Assembly: GCA_051294905.1 (NCBI GenBank)
Contig: CM119373.1
Span: 1,676,001-1,740,000 of the forward strand
DNA length: 64,000 nt
Direction: 5' to 3'
From: Botryllus schlosseri
Lineage: Eukaryota
In this document: piece after piece, positions 1 to 12,814 of the stretch
Layout of the letters: every line of letters starts with the position of its first letter
How positions within the stretch are numbered: the first letter of the stretch is position 1
The notes under the pieces: generated by a model
Seen by the model: only the letters and a program-made list of their open reading frames with translations
Database searches by the model: none
Told to the model about the DNA's origin: nothing
Position numbers and translations under genes: made by a program

Positions 1-381
1 GCACTAATCGCGTTTTACCAATCTTCTTTCGAAATATATATCCGCGATCTGAAAATAATGCATGGATACAACGTTGCGTTGAGTTTCCTTATCCAGCTCA
101 ATTTGAAAAATAATCTCTGGATTTATATTGCCTTTGTAAGTGACTTCATATCTGATAATTACTAATTTACTAGGGAATATTTTCTGTGCGGAGCCTAATC
201 GTCGTGGTGACGATAATCGTTCTGATTCAGACGACAAATTAGTAGCCGAACGCTTTATATAACCGCGAGTCAGACAAGACTGAACGAAGTTGATTACCGA
301 TAAATAAATTCCGCCAGCGGTTTTTTTTCGGCAGGCGTGTTCAACCTTATAATCACGGCGGCATTTCACATTGTTTCACAG

Positions 382-450
382 TTTTACAGCCGCCAGTTAC
401 GCCCGGGCGGCACCGCATCAGCGCATCCCAAATCTCGCCCAGCCAGTCCC
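382..450 (+). CDS. Possible additional upstream phase-1 exon (LQPPVTPGRHRISASQISPSQS)
   Basis: Acceptor ttgtttcacag, GC-rich open 69 nt, phase 1 to 1; donor gtataa is weak. Confidence 0.3.
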
Positions 451-634
451 GTATAAACTTTAATGAATACTGCGAAGCTCCGCGTCTTGAACATCTACTG
501 TTATTATTGCTGCAACCTCGACGCATCTGCATTATTGCAAAATTCCCTAGTATTCGTACATTTCGTAAAAAAACGGGGCATCAGCTACCTATATGGACAT
601 AAAGGCATTTCGTGACATATTCTAGACTCTAGAG

Positions 635-1458
635 CAGTGATTCTCAAACTGTGTGCTTCGTGAGATTAGTTTGCCGCCAAAGATTCTCAGGTGTGCCGCG
701 TATCATTTTTTCATACATTTTAAAAATGAGGGATTTAGGCTAGCATATCCGACTTGAACGCGTTCAAATTGCTTCATTGCTGATAAATAACCACACGTGG
801 CCATTGCAACGGAACCAATCCAATCACGGCATTGCCGATGAGTTGAGTAATTGACACATAACATGTGGACTGTTTCAAAGCAAGTCTTTACTTGTTTCAA
901 ACTCCCAATGAATCAACTCACAATCAAAAAAATTGCTCAGCATAGCGTTGGCACACGGCCTCGACTTCATCGTACACTGCAATATAAATTCTCAGAATTT
1001 GTTGTTCGCGTTACGTGGGTTGATTGCATGTCCAGCAATAATTTTGCAGAGCAACAGATGATTGATTTACGAAACTCTACGTTTTTTAAACGGTGTTTGG
1101 GTGGGTTTTGACTGTCTTCTTCAAAATCCTATACCGGTACCATGATAGGTACAAAAGCAATCTGAATTTTATTGCGATTTTGATCTTCATGACTTGATAT
1201 GAACATTTGTTTATTGGTTTATCGTTTTGGCTAAAATTAAGAAAAAAAAACTATTCAAGAATTAAGAAAGACTACTTGAAAATGAAATTGACGACGATAT
1301 GTTTGTCAGAAATGCAAGCTGTTTCAGTCGTATAAAGAAGAATAGCCATCGTATTACCACGTATAATATTTTCAAAATGCAACTTTCTTGTAAGTGTGCC
1401 AGGGGTGTTTTATAATTTTTCTAGTGTGCCACATACCGAAAAAGTTTGGAGACCGCTG
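635..1458. mobile_element. Non-autonomous hAT (Charlie-like) element
   Basis: TIRs CAGTGATTCTCAAACT / AGTTTGGAGACCGCTG; TSD ctctagag / atctagag. Confidence 0.75.
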
Positions 1459-2268
1459 ATCTAGAGTGTGCATTTGCGGGGGTCATGTGATCATCACAGT
1501 CCTGATTTCACAGAGGACGCTGTTTCTCAATAATTGTCCATTGCTGTCTTCCATGTATTCGTAGCTGCTCAGCATTTCTGGTGAATGTTCCCTGAGATCA
1601 TAGGTCTTTTTTGAGTAATACCAGTTCAAAATTACAAGACAGAAATATTAATTTACGGTAGGGACATCTAGATATCCCTGATTTACAGTAGCGAGACCGC
1701 TGTTGCCATTTACACCATAAACAAACTGCGCTAGTTCTGATGTCGCTATTGGCTGCTGATAAAATACTCGTCCTGAATAGTGGTGATTTATTTGTCACCA
1801 GTCTAAAATTATGTGTATCTTAGTACACAGTAGACGGCGCTTATGACTTCATGGATCGACCATCGGCAAGGGGTTCTACCTGTGGCAAACAATGACTCAC
1901 GGACGATTAAATTTGTTTTATGAACCCGTGACAAACTATTCAAATCCAGGAAAGATGGATATAAACTGGACACTCTCTTGGTACAACGGGGTTTGCTTAT
2001 GGATATCACGCAGAGTATATTAAATAGGTAAATCGACCGTCCCATGAAAATCCAGAAATTTCTGAACCTAGCCGAACGCAGTGAACTACTGAAGTTCGCA
2101 GACCGTGAGAGTTCGGTCTGAGTGACCTCATTACCGCTGCACAGTAAATCCATTTACTTGTTCGTATTACGTTGTCTGCACACTACTTACATCGAATATG
2201 TCACACCAAGTTCAAAGATAATAGGTCTGAGATTGTGAACAATTCACCATGCAAACTTGCATTTTTAG

Positions 2269-2328
2269 ATAAGCAGCGAACAATACGTGCTGGAGGAAGC
2301 GGAAGAAGAGGAGCATCGAACGAAACAG
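2269..2328 (+). CDS. NLR N-terminal exon, module copy 1a (xKQRTIRAGGSGRRGASNET)
   Basis: gcatttttag|...|gtagcc, 60 nt, phase 1-1; paralogous to 9302-9361 with the same length and frame. Confidence 0.7.
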
Positions 2329-2499
2329 GTAGCCTAGATTTGTTTTTCCGACCCTCGCGATATTCATCAGCTGATATCAAGTAATGCTAGCGTAGCGTGC
2401 CTGATGCGTATAAATCTATGTGCTCACAGCATTAGCTGTACCGGCTCGTGGGTGTATCTATATCGTTCATCTGCATAATTCCGTGATTTACCTTGGTCG

Positions 2500-2682
2500 C
2501 AATGTTCCCTCTGAGCCGCGTACGCGCGCAATTGCTCAGTGCTGACACGGTCTCTGCGCACAGAAAATCTAAGCTGCGCACAAAACTTCCGAAGTTTTTA
2601 ATCGTTACGCACTGTAGTCCAAGGGACCGAGCAGTGAGTTGATGAGTGTGCGCAGACTCGTGAAAAATTAGAGGGAACATTG
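2500..2682. mobile_element. MITE family A
   Basis: TIR CAATGTTCCCTCT / AGAGGGAACATTG; inverted copy at 6947-7140. Confidence 0.85.
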
Positions 2683-2774
2683 TTTGATTGTACCGCCGGC
2701 TTTTACTATAGGCTATTTAGTTCTTCTGCACTAATAAAAATATCATTCGTCGGTGACTGGCATTTGCTTTTCAG

Positions 2775-2837
2775 AAGGAAACCAGGCGTCATCGTGCCTG
2801 GATGAAAGCGGAATATCTGCAACAGCGCAGGTCACAG
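2775..2837 (+). CDS. NLR N-terminal exon, module copy 1b (EGNQASSCLDESGISATAQVT)
   Basis: gcttttcag|...|gtaatg, 63 nt, phase 1-1; paralogous to 9597-9659. Confidence 0.75.
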
Positions 2838-2883
2838 GTAATGAAGTCCTATACATTACCATACCCGTTCGTTATATTATGAG

Positions 2884-3523
2884 TAGGTCGATTTTTTTGA
2901 CCTGATATACGGAAGATTTTGACCTAAAAAATCAAAATTTTGACACTTTTTGACCTTCACAATCTTAATTTCGACCAGACTGTGACCAAATGTATGTTAA
3001 TTAGGTGTTTTCCCAAATAATGGCAGAATTGTACAACTTATTTTCGTTTTTGGTTTGAACTGTCTGTCCTTACGAAGAAGTTTGATCTGAAAAAACTTTT
3101 GAGACTTGAAAACTTACAAATTTTTGCATGAAAAAAATTATTTCAGCAAAATCTGAAACTACAATTTCAGTGGTGACATTACGTATTATTGTAGAAATAA
3201 TTGAAATTTGAGAACGACGAAAGATACTTTCCTTCATTCTCTGGTGGAAAGTGTCTCTATTAATAACTAGCTTGCCAAGAATGGAAAGAACGTTCAACCT
3301 TTTTTTTCAATTTGACCGTTCTTCATTCACAATGATAGGCCAATAAAGTAAGCTACACGCTGTAAAATGTCATATGATAAGTTCCTCCATATAGCCTTCA
3401 TCGACAGTGTAAACAACTCCGATACAAACGAAATGCAGGTTGCAAAATAATTGATTTTGTAAACAAATATTACAATTTTGACAAAATTTTGACTTATTGT
3501 GACACGTCAAAAAAATTGCCCTA
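2884..3523. mobile_element. hAT MITE family B (TTTTGAC subterminal repeats)
   Basis: TAGG...CCTA ends, TSD attatgag / attatcag; homologous to 17567-18431 and a partial inverted copy near 60450-60795. Confidence 0.8.
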
Positions 3524-5572
3524 ATTATCAGTTCTATCGCTTGTGTGTAAATTAGGTACGGCTGCGGTCAATGCAGGTTCACGGTTTGATGTAGGCATCA
3601 ATTATTCAACTTTGCACTCAACTGTGTGTAAGGCTGAAGTCTCAAACTCAAATGAGCTTGCGGGCCAATTTCCTAGTTTTGATGACGCCGCGGGCCGCAT
3701 CAGCATCAATAATGAGGATATTCAATGTATTTCCGAGTAGGCCTTTTCTGACGGGACCTTGTAGATAGGGATTCCACAGTCATCTTAGATGTATAATGTA
3801 CTATTGTATATCACGCTTGACACGGAACAAATTGATATTATCAAATATTTGAAAAAAAATTGTTTTTTAGGGGGGCATAATTTTTTTCATTAATCTGTTA
3901 TATGCATCATAGGAGAGTATGCATCATGCACCCCATGTGATTCCAATGAGATATCATGTTGCCCCTGACCATTTTCAACACAATTTATGATGGTACCTAC
4001 ATGAAAATCAGAAAGCCCATTCACATAAAATCGCGAATAGCACCAATACTATTTTCCAGTTAAATTAATTGGCCATGACAATATTCCAGAGCATATAGGC
4101 CTAATTCCACAATGCATCTCGTGCACCCTGGTGTGGTGTTTCGTACCCTGATGGGGTTTAAGGACCCTGGTTAAGAACCCCTTGAATAAAGATGTTCAAT
4201 TGGCAAAAAATTCATTGGTGTAACAGCTGTAGAGCGTACTAATACCTTTCTCGTCACCGATAATAAAATGGATAAAGAGAACAAACAACACCCAACATGT
4301 AACCAACTATACGTCACGGTGATCACAGAATGCAAATGGTAGCCATACAAACCTGTTTATAGATAGCTACATATTCTACGCATAGCAAGCAACCATGTTT
4401 TGATATATTACTATTCCCCATGACAGTTTCATAGATTGTTTCTCCATAGGAATACCAAGTCACCGTTCCGAGTCGCAAATCCTTGTCTGATTTTACCGTG
4501 AGAGCTGACTCAACTCAAGTAAATTTTATTACCTCGCCCATTTTATCCCAAATCGAGTAATTTTACGAGATGGTCGCACCAAACCAAATCACAATTTTCA
4601 GTCATGAATCATCAAGGGTCATGTTTTATCATCATGAATTAGAAATGTGACGTTATCATATCTTCTACTGCATGGTAGCTTTTAAAAGTGATGTGATAGT
4701 GAAGTTTGTCGAGATTTCAGTGATCTTTATAGTAGTTTTAGGATGAACTTCAAGATCTTATATCTAAAAAAGATATATGGCATCTTGAATATATTGTTGA
4801 ATACTTGAAATTCCCAAATGCCGTCGCGGGCCGCATGCGGCCCGCGGGCTGCGTGTTTGAGACATCTGGTGTAAGGTGTTGCACGAGTAAATTATTTTCG
4901 CACATTATAATGGTAAAAAATCGAACTTTCCATATTTTAGGCATCACTCTCAGATATTGTCAGCAACAAAGGGCTACTTCTTTTGCAGATTACTCAATTA
5001 TGTTTTGCCTACTAATAATAGGCCTACTCCCAAAAAGTGGTCATGTTTTTTGAATGCTGAATGCTTCCACTATTACTCGATAGTAATCCCAAGAAAGTCA
5101 ACTCACCATTGTGGTTTGAATTTTGTTATGTAGAGTGTAGATTTTAACATGTATTAGAAATCACCTCGTCTAGTTGTATTTAATAACAAATTTATGGCAT
5201 CACCTGTAGTTGAGTATCCACGCTGAGTAATACAAACTACTTTATACCTTAGTATTAACTACGTTTATATATGTCAAGAGGCGTCATGCAATGTCATAGC
5301 ATTGTAAACTTGGTCTGCAATTTGCATACTTATAATACTACCCATCCTAATAAGAGTACCCTCAAACATGATTCGTACTTTAAAATATACTTCACACCAT
5401 GAATACTCTATACTCTATAGTTGACTTTCATGTGGATATTCCATTAACTTCCACGTACGTTGATTGAACGCAGTTGAGTAGGTTAGAGATTATACAATAC
5501 TGCACACTACTCTTTTACGTTTTGATTTATATCTTCGCTACTTGATGATATACGTTTTATAATTTTTTTCAG

Positions 5573-5623
5573 GGGAAGGGAAAACATTTCGTTCAGTAAT
5601 GGAGAGAAAAAGATTTTTTGAAG
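5573..5623 (+). CDS. NLR N-terminal exon, module copy 1c (GEGKTFRSVMERKRFFE)
   Basis: tttttttcag|...|gtgatg, 51 nt, phase 1-1; paralogous to 10387-10437. Confidence 0.72.
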
Positions 5624-6067
5624 GTGATGATTCGATATCGCAAGACACTGATATTATTTAACAGTAGCGAGACCACTGCGATCATTTACATTACACCATA
5701 CAGAAACTATGATAATTCTGACCCATCAGCTGTCCACTGATTCATTCCTCGTTTTGGATAGCGATGATGTATTGATCACTAGTCTAAGACTATCTTAGGT
5801 TGGACTTCGGGAGATTTGAAATGATATAACGCTCTTTGACTATGCGAACTAGGGGCTACGTAAACTAACTGAATGATTACGATCGTCCATGATCTGACTG
5901 AATTCACCGTCAAGAATTGTGATCCCACGATAAAACACCCAAAAGTCTTACGAAGATTGTGAGCTATGCCAAATATTTCATTCAAAACTAATGAATATCA
6001 TGTTCGTCAGGCTTTCAAGCGATAGCATCACAATGCCGTGTGCCAATACTAGGTATAGGCTCACCCG

Positions 6068-6574
6068 TAGGACTGGCAAAAATCGAGTAAGCCTACCGGA
6101 GTGATTTGATTCTGAATCACGTATTATGTTCCGAGTCGAGTATTCGAGTATCACTCATTATGTCGTCACAACGAAATTAAGATGTCAAAGTTTAAATATG
6201 TACAGTTTTTGCCACCACAAAAATATAATGCCTGCTCTCTATCACATTAAAGATACTTTGGTATTTTGTCGACTCTACCGATTTAATTGGACTTTGTTAC
6301 AATATTGTGGGAGGATCATGACTTCGGAAATATTTTTCCAGTAACGGTCGTACCTTTGTACTATATGTTTCGCATGCTGCGATCCGGCCAATCAAGGTTT
6401 CAACGCTTCTACAGTAGAAAACATCATCGAAACCATAATTATCGTTGATAAGATTAGTAGCGAGGAGCGCATAATTTCAGTACTCGAAAAAATCGTCATT
6501 TGCTACTCGACTCGAATCATTGGAATAATCACTCGATTCCGATTCGAGTGCTCGAACCATTGTGCTCAGTCCTA
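6068..6574. mobile_element. hAT MITE family C
   Basis: TAGGACTG...CAGTCCTA ends; homologous along its length to 28082-28598. Confidence 0.85.
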
Positions 6575-6946
6575 CTCATCACAAGATCTGGTAACGCAGT
6601 GAGTGTAAAAAAAAAACTACTCCTTGGAATGGCGTATCTGAAATGAAAATATGATTATATGATTACCTCAGGAATAGTAGAGCATAGCAATTGTAACAGT
6701 GTGCACGATGCTCCTTATACAGATCAGCAATATAATCATACTATGTCGTATATTCACATCGGCGGGATAATGCTTGTAATCATGAGCTGTAGATACCTGC
6801 AAAGTGATACCGTTATAAGTAGGAAACGTTTACAAATCTCATGAATATTCAGAAGAATCTAGTCCAGTGCAATGCTCTAAATCCTTTTTCGTCATGGTAC
6901 ACCCTTTTAAGGTTTACTCGAAGAGTCAAAATTCTTACCCCCTAAC

Positions 6947-7140
6947 CAATGTTCCCTCTAATTTTGTCGAGTCTGCGCACACTCACCAACTCACTGCGCA
7001 GACTCTTACACAACACTGCGAAACGACTAAAAAAAAGATCATCACTTCGGATTTTTGTGTGCGCAACTTAGATTTTCTGTGCGCAGAGACCGCGTCAGCA
7101 CTGCGCATTTGCGCACGTTCGCAGCTTGGAGGGTTCATTG
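6947..7140. mobile_element. MITE family A copy
   Basis: Perfect 8-bp TSD CCCCTAAC; TIRs as in 2500-2682. Confidence 0.88.
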
Positions 7141-9301
7141 CCCCTAACCACATAATACACCGATTCTGTGGTAAGCCTTATTCGGGGGTGTTCAACCTTT
7201 TTGCTATTCGCGGGCGCATTTCGACCACATATGTAGTATACGACAGCAGCCCAGTGGTGAGTCCTCATGGCCGTTGTGGTGTTCTCTGCCTTCACTGTTT
7301 TCTTGAGCTATACCTTGTGGATACAGGTCTGTACATGTTGGAGCCACCATAGACTAACTATATATGACGCAACTGTCGCGCGGATCACGAACATTTTTCC
7401 AGCGTCATGAATGAACGTCGTCGATGATGTGGAAAGTTTCGCGTATTTTACTGCCAAATATATTTATCCATAACAAGCCCACGTGATCATATTAACCAGT
7501 AGATTTGTTGGAGGGGGTGTCTTCCAAACTTTGGATCAACAAATCAATGATAATGCATATTCCGATTTCGGTAATCACTTTGTTGCCTGTTGTTATTTCT
7601 CGACCTCCCATAAGGATTGTCGCTATAGCCATGATTCTGACTCGGTATTTCTATATGGAGCGCATCACTCGGCTATGATGCGTTTCGCTTTTGTACGGTG
7701 GTGCTCAGATTGAAAGGACAGTATTACATTAAAAAAAAACATTCAAGTCACCCAGAATCGCGTTACGCGTTAAGAGAACTTTTATTCGAGTTAAAATCCC
7801 ACGGAGGTTGGGGAACCAATTCAAATTGCTTATAGACGGCTGCCAACACAAGCTAATATAAATATGTGTTGACGGCGGTAGAATTATAATTTCGATTTTA
7901 CGGGTGCATGTGGCCGTACCGCCGCAGGATGCACACCTCTGGCTTGATCAGAATAGCAATGAGCAAGGTTGCAACTTGCTAAATGCTAAATACTAAGCAG
8001 GAGTTAAGGTTACCAGACCACCATCCGTCCTGCAATTATAGACACTGCGTCATTTATCAGCATCTGGCATGAACTACCAATTTTAAATTTTTGAGCCATC
8101 ATGGCAGTTTCCTAGGGGATTTTTATATGGACCAGTGGTCGGCAAACTATGGCTCTTTTGGGTATAAGATATGGCCCTTTGCCAAATATTTATTTTTGTA
8201 CTGAATTGGTCAATATTGCAGCGACTTGTTGGTAAATTTTCATGGCGACCAGAATAATTATTCTCGTGGCAGTATAAACATGTCTTTGATAGGTAGAGAC
8301 AATGCCGTCTTCAGGTTTAGGGGCTCGGACCCCCTATTTTCGAAATCCTCAAATTTAAGTGACTGTCACGCCGGCGGAAAATATCACTCGCGAATTCTAT
8401 GTGCCCGACTCGAAGTCTTGCACTGTGCGGTACGTTGATTAATCGAACAGCATAGCAGACATGGCGACGCCCATTTAAAAACGCAGTTTTCAAATACACA
8501 TTGTCTTCCTGATCTGTGATGTGAAATGAACAGTTGTGGATGCGTCATTCACAATTACAAACTTGAATTAAAACAGCGCAATAGCTATCCACTTTCTTGA
8601 TTGGTAAGTATTTAGCTCTGTGTAGTACCGGTTATTAATAGGGTTGCGTTTAAAACAAATGATTGTTTAAAACATCTGAAGCTCTTTTAAAAAATTGTGT
8701 TTTTATTTCAAGTTGTAAAATTATGCCATAATGGTGTAAATATTCTCCGAAAACATGTTAAATGAGCCTATACAAACAACTACAACCCGATTTTCCCCAC
8801 GTGTACGATATGGGATGGTTGGAACCCTCAGAATAGCTATAGCACGTAGGTATTTTGTCAAAAGAGCTGTATTTACGATATATTATCAATTGTCAACGTC
8901 AATCCACAATTACGTCACAATTGAACATTCATGACGACATGGTCTAAAACAATTCAATAGAAACATGTTTTAAACAAGGACCTTGTTTTAAAGATGTTTG
9001 TTTTGTATTGATTTTGTTCTTTAAGGCAAACTTAGTTATTAGGGTGAGATATTTACAACACCCATGAATATTCAGAAGAATCTAGTCTAGTTTCTACCCA
9101 ACAGCAACAAATTACTTAGTTTCGCAGACCGAGCATAATCGAAATAGAACTATATGGTTATTACCATTCCACAGTAAATTATTTACTCGTTCGAATTAGG
9201 TTGTGTGACGACTGTATAGTCTGAACATCCCACGTGCCATATAAAGTTAGAAGATATTCTCGATATTCGGGTAATTCACAATTCAAGCTTTCACTTCTCA
9301 G

Positions 9302-9361
9302 GTAAGCAGCAAGCATTAAGTGCTGGAGGAAGCGGAAGAAAAGAACCGGCGAACGAGACAG
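9302..9361 (+). CDS. NLR N-terminal exon, module copy 2a (GKQQALSAGGSGRKEPANET)
   Basis: cacttctcag|...|gtagaa, 60 nt, phase 1-1. Confidence 0.7.
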
Positions 9362-9596
9362 GTAGAATTTCATCTTTTCGCTCTGGGTATTCCGTTTTAC
9401 TTGTATGAAGTATGGTCATGATCCGTTCAAGTAAATATGCTCGTAGTATTAGACGCCCTGGATGCTGGATGTATCGATAGCCTTTGTAGGCGTAATTCCG
9501 CGATTGACGTCGATCCTGTCGTCCCGGTCAGGCGATATAAGCTTCACCGAGACTATTAAAAAGCCCATACATTTATCACTGTCATTCGCCTTTCAG

Positions 9597-9659
9597 GTGC
9601 AGATCAGCTGTCATCGGGCTCAGAAGCCAGTGCCGGGCGTGCAACAACGCATGTGGCAG
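9597..9659 (+). CDS. NLR N-terminal exon, module copy 2b (GADQLSSGSEASAGRATTHVA)
   Basis: cgcctttcag|...|gtaatg, 63 nt, phase 1-1. Confidence 0.75.
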
Positions 9660-9819
9660 GTAATGAATTCCCATATTGCCCCCATTGGCAAGGTTATTAG
9701 ACGTGTGGCTAGATAAACTCGTAAATGAGGCAAGTCTACGATTCGTGTTGACCTAAGCAGCATCTTAGTGGACAAATTTTTGTTTCCACATCCACTTGAA
9801 GTTGCTTTGACATGTTACT

Positions 9820-10266
9820 TAGGCTTACCATACGTCCTCTTTTAAGAGTATTTGTCCTCTTTTTTGACTTTTTGAAAAGTGTCCTCGGAGGACGCCCTTT
9901 TGTCCTCTTTTTTGAGAATTTGTCCTCTTTTTTGAAAATATAGGTCAGATATAGAGCAAATTGCGAGTGAAATGTCGCAAATTAGCACAGAAGTGACGCT
10001 GCGGCGGATATTTCGGAGTGAAAAACGGTGAATTTAGCTCTGATCGAAAAGATGACCTTTTTTTTTTTTTTTTTTTTATTCATTCACCTGGCAATGTGGA
10101 GAAAAAAACGGTATTTTGAGCTCTGAGCGTAAGTGATGACCTTTTTTTTTTTTTTTAGTCAACCGATCACAATGTGGGAAAAATTCACCGGTTTTTGAGA
10201 ATTCTACTCCGGTTTTGCATCTTTCAAAGTGTCCTCTTTTTACATTTTCAAAATATGGTAAGCCTA
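9820..10266. mobile_element. hAT MITE (TGTCCTCTTTT repeats)
   Basis: TIR TAGGCTTACCATA / TATGGTAAGCCTA; perfect TSD ATGTTACT; related fragment near 53032-53290. Confidence 0.9.
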
Positions 10267-10386
10267 ATGTTACTGAAGATATTCCGCATGGGATTGATGC
10301 GAGGAGTTGAACTGGTTAAAGCTATTACAATACTTATTTGGCTACCATATATAACTCTTTATCATATTCGTTCATCATCTTTACAG

Positions 10387-10437
10387 AAGAAAGGAAAACA
10401 TCCCGTTCAGTCATGGAGAGAAAACGATTGTTTGAAG
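10387..10437 (+). CDS. NLR N-terminal exon, module copy 2c (EERKTSRSVMERKRLFE)
   Basis: catctttacag|...|gtgaaa, 51 nt, phase 1-1. Confidence 0.72.
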
Positions 10438-12739
10438 GTGAAAAACATTACATCCATTCGAACAGATGAATCATGTAGTTATGCATCCGACGCGCTATGA
10501 AACTTAAAATATATACGGACGTGAAAGGCAAAACAAGTCGACAATAATTCGTTGTCCTTCGAAAATAAATCACATATGGAAAATACCAAGCCCGTTTCAT
10601 TCAACATTCAAATAGTACTGTCTGGAAGCGCATATCGAACACAGGCGTGAACGTTGCGTCCACGCCGTCTTCACAGTGAACACGGTTCATGCAAAGATGC
10701 ACTCGGTGACTTCATGAAAGCGTATTTTATGCTTTCTAATATTTATATACTATACAACCATCCCAAACAATCGTTAAAAGAAATCAATTATACATACGGA
10801 TGATTTACAGAAATGAGTCGCCCCTATGGGGAATAGGAACGCGTGCGTCCAATCATGGTAACCCAGTTTATCATTACATGCACGTCCAATGTAACTAGCA
10901 AAAATTCATTCATTAAACATAAAATATTTTCATGCTTTACACGTGTAAGAAAAAAAATGCGCGGCCGGCCGATGAAAATCAATAGACTAGTCTTTCGTCC
11001 TAAAATTGTGTTATCCCTCCGTTCGATACGGAAACATTGTGTTTTGGTAGTGATGAAATTGTCCGTCTCAGAAAATACGATGAAACCGCTATGCAGACTC
11101 GATACCAGCGTTTGGTGGGCAGACGGCCGGTAGGAAGTTTCAACATGCGATTCTGCAAATTGAAAAAAGATCTGAGACGATAATACCCTGACCATAAATA
11201 ACCGGCACATGGGAGCCTGTTCCTTAGATATTGACATATTCAGGAGCTGAAACGTCAGATACCGAATAGTCCTGTCCCTGTCACCTGTACTGGGCGCTAC
11301 AAGTGCGAGCCGTGGACCAAAATGATGCGCCCTTTAAACATACTGATCTTGAATCCAGGTCGTATAACGAAATGAAACCTTCTTTTAATTTGGTCTGATA
11401 AATGTGGCGATTCGATGTTTTTGATTACCGACAATGTTTACCGTAGGTAACGACATAGTAACCTTCCACGATATAATTATTAAAAACGACGTCGACCGAA
11501 GCAAGCCCAGCTCAAAAACTGTATGAATATAGTCTTAGGCGTCCAGCAGAAGCGTGGCTCATGTTCTGTAATCAGTAATTGTGTTAACTAAACTTTCGAA
11601 AACACCACCTCCATCAACGCTAATAGTAAATTTGGTCACTTGGGCTGAGAAGGGATCATAATAGTATTAATATCCTCAAGCACCATATAATTGATATTAT
11701 TCAGTCATATCGTGCGATTGACAATCTATATTCATTGTACACTGACTGCTTATAGCCAGGGGTACTGCGCTCAAAATAGGATTTGTTCTCAAGTCTTTTT
11801 CTTCAGAACCATGAACCATATTCGGAAAGCTGCTTAAATATTTTAAGACATGCGCCATCACTCACCACACTCTAATTGCAGCTATATACGTATGTCTGTA
11901 TCATGGACATCACTTGTCATAGCTTCACCCGAAGAGAGATGAGATGCATTGCTGAGTAAGAGTTCTTTGACTGGACGCGACATTATCATATTTGTTTAAA
12001 AAAAAAGCTGTTTCCTAATTTTGTTGCCTCATCGTACGGTCACAGCCAAAGTTTGCTTCGGATGCGATTGAACTTATTATAATTCCATTCCCCTCCGCTT
12101 ATCTTTGTAAGAGTTGATTCCGGCACCAGTTCATATCAAATTGATGGCGCAGACTTTCAAGACGCGACCACGTATTTCAACAGTTCGAGACAGGCTTCTG
12201 GCATGTAACTGCAGAGAAATTATATTCGTTAGGTGAATTCACTTTGAAACGAATGAAGACGTCTTTATCAATTATCAATTAGTATGATTTTCATTTACGG
12301 AAAAGTGCAGTTTCAACAGCTTATATTAGGTAAATTCGTTCAATGAATGGAATTGATCGAAAACTGTATCTCGTGTATTCATTTGATTCGTAATAAATTG
12401 CACAAATTTGCATCGTGCAATGGCGCAAATGCATCGATTTATTTATATCAAGTGGTAGATATTCAAACATGAAGTTGATTGATATTTATCAGCCCATTGT
12501 AGTATACATCAGCACTATCACAAAATAGCATCGATGCCACAACATACATTTCTGACGATAGACGCGAATTATTCACATAGCCCCCAACCACCATCGTATG
12601 CGTTTCGGGAAAATTATAACTAATAATAAGTAATAAATTTGTCACGTGATCACTAATCACTGCGATTTAATAATTTGTGGGCGGATCAGATTTATTTTTG
12701 TGGCCAACTGTTAATTCACTGCTATATTTGTTGTTTCAG

Positions 12740-12814
12740 AAAAGAACCGCCGTACCCAATCGCCTGGAAGCTCAGCAGAAATGTTGAAGAAAGATCGTCT
12801 AAATGTGAAAGCCG
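12740..12814 (+). CDS. NLR N-terminal exon (EKNRRTQSPGSSAEMLKKDRLNVKA)
   Basis: ttgttgtttcag|...|gtaagg, 75 nt, phase 1-1, open. Confidence 0.75.

Noticed and set aside
4..369. 121-aa minus ORF at the window start
   Set aside because: No homology recognised; no supporting exon chain.
1598..2260. Apparent protein-like or CARD-like frames (e.g. LDTLLVQRGLL...) conserved with 5660-5790 and 9060-9290
   Set aside because: Multiple stops and frameshifting indels in both copies; explained as duplicated intron sequence.
9179..9373. Minus ORF resembling a signal peptide (MKFYLSRSPVLFFRFLQ...)
   Set aside because: Antisense shadow of + strand exon 9302-9361; the paralogous copy is not open.
10811..10857. 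Exon-like segment (tttacag...gtaacc) with faint similarity to module exon a
   Set aside because: 47 nt; the phase-1 reading hits TAG, so it is incompatible with flanking exons.
10824..11237. 137-aa minus ORF overlapping a 96-aa plus ORF
   Set aside because: No recognisable domain or phase-compatible splice sites.
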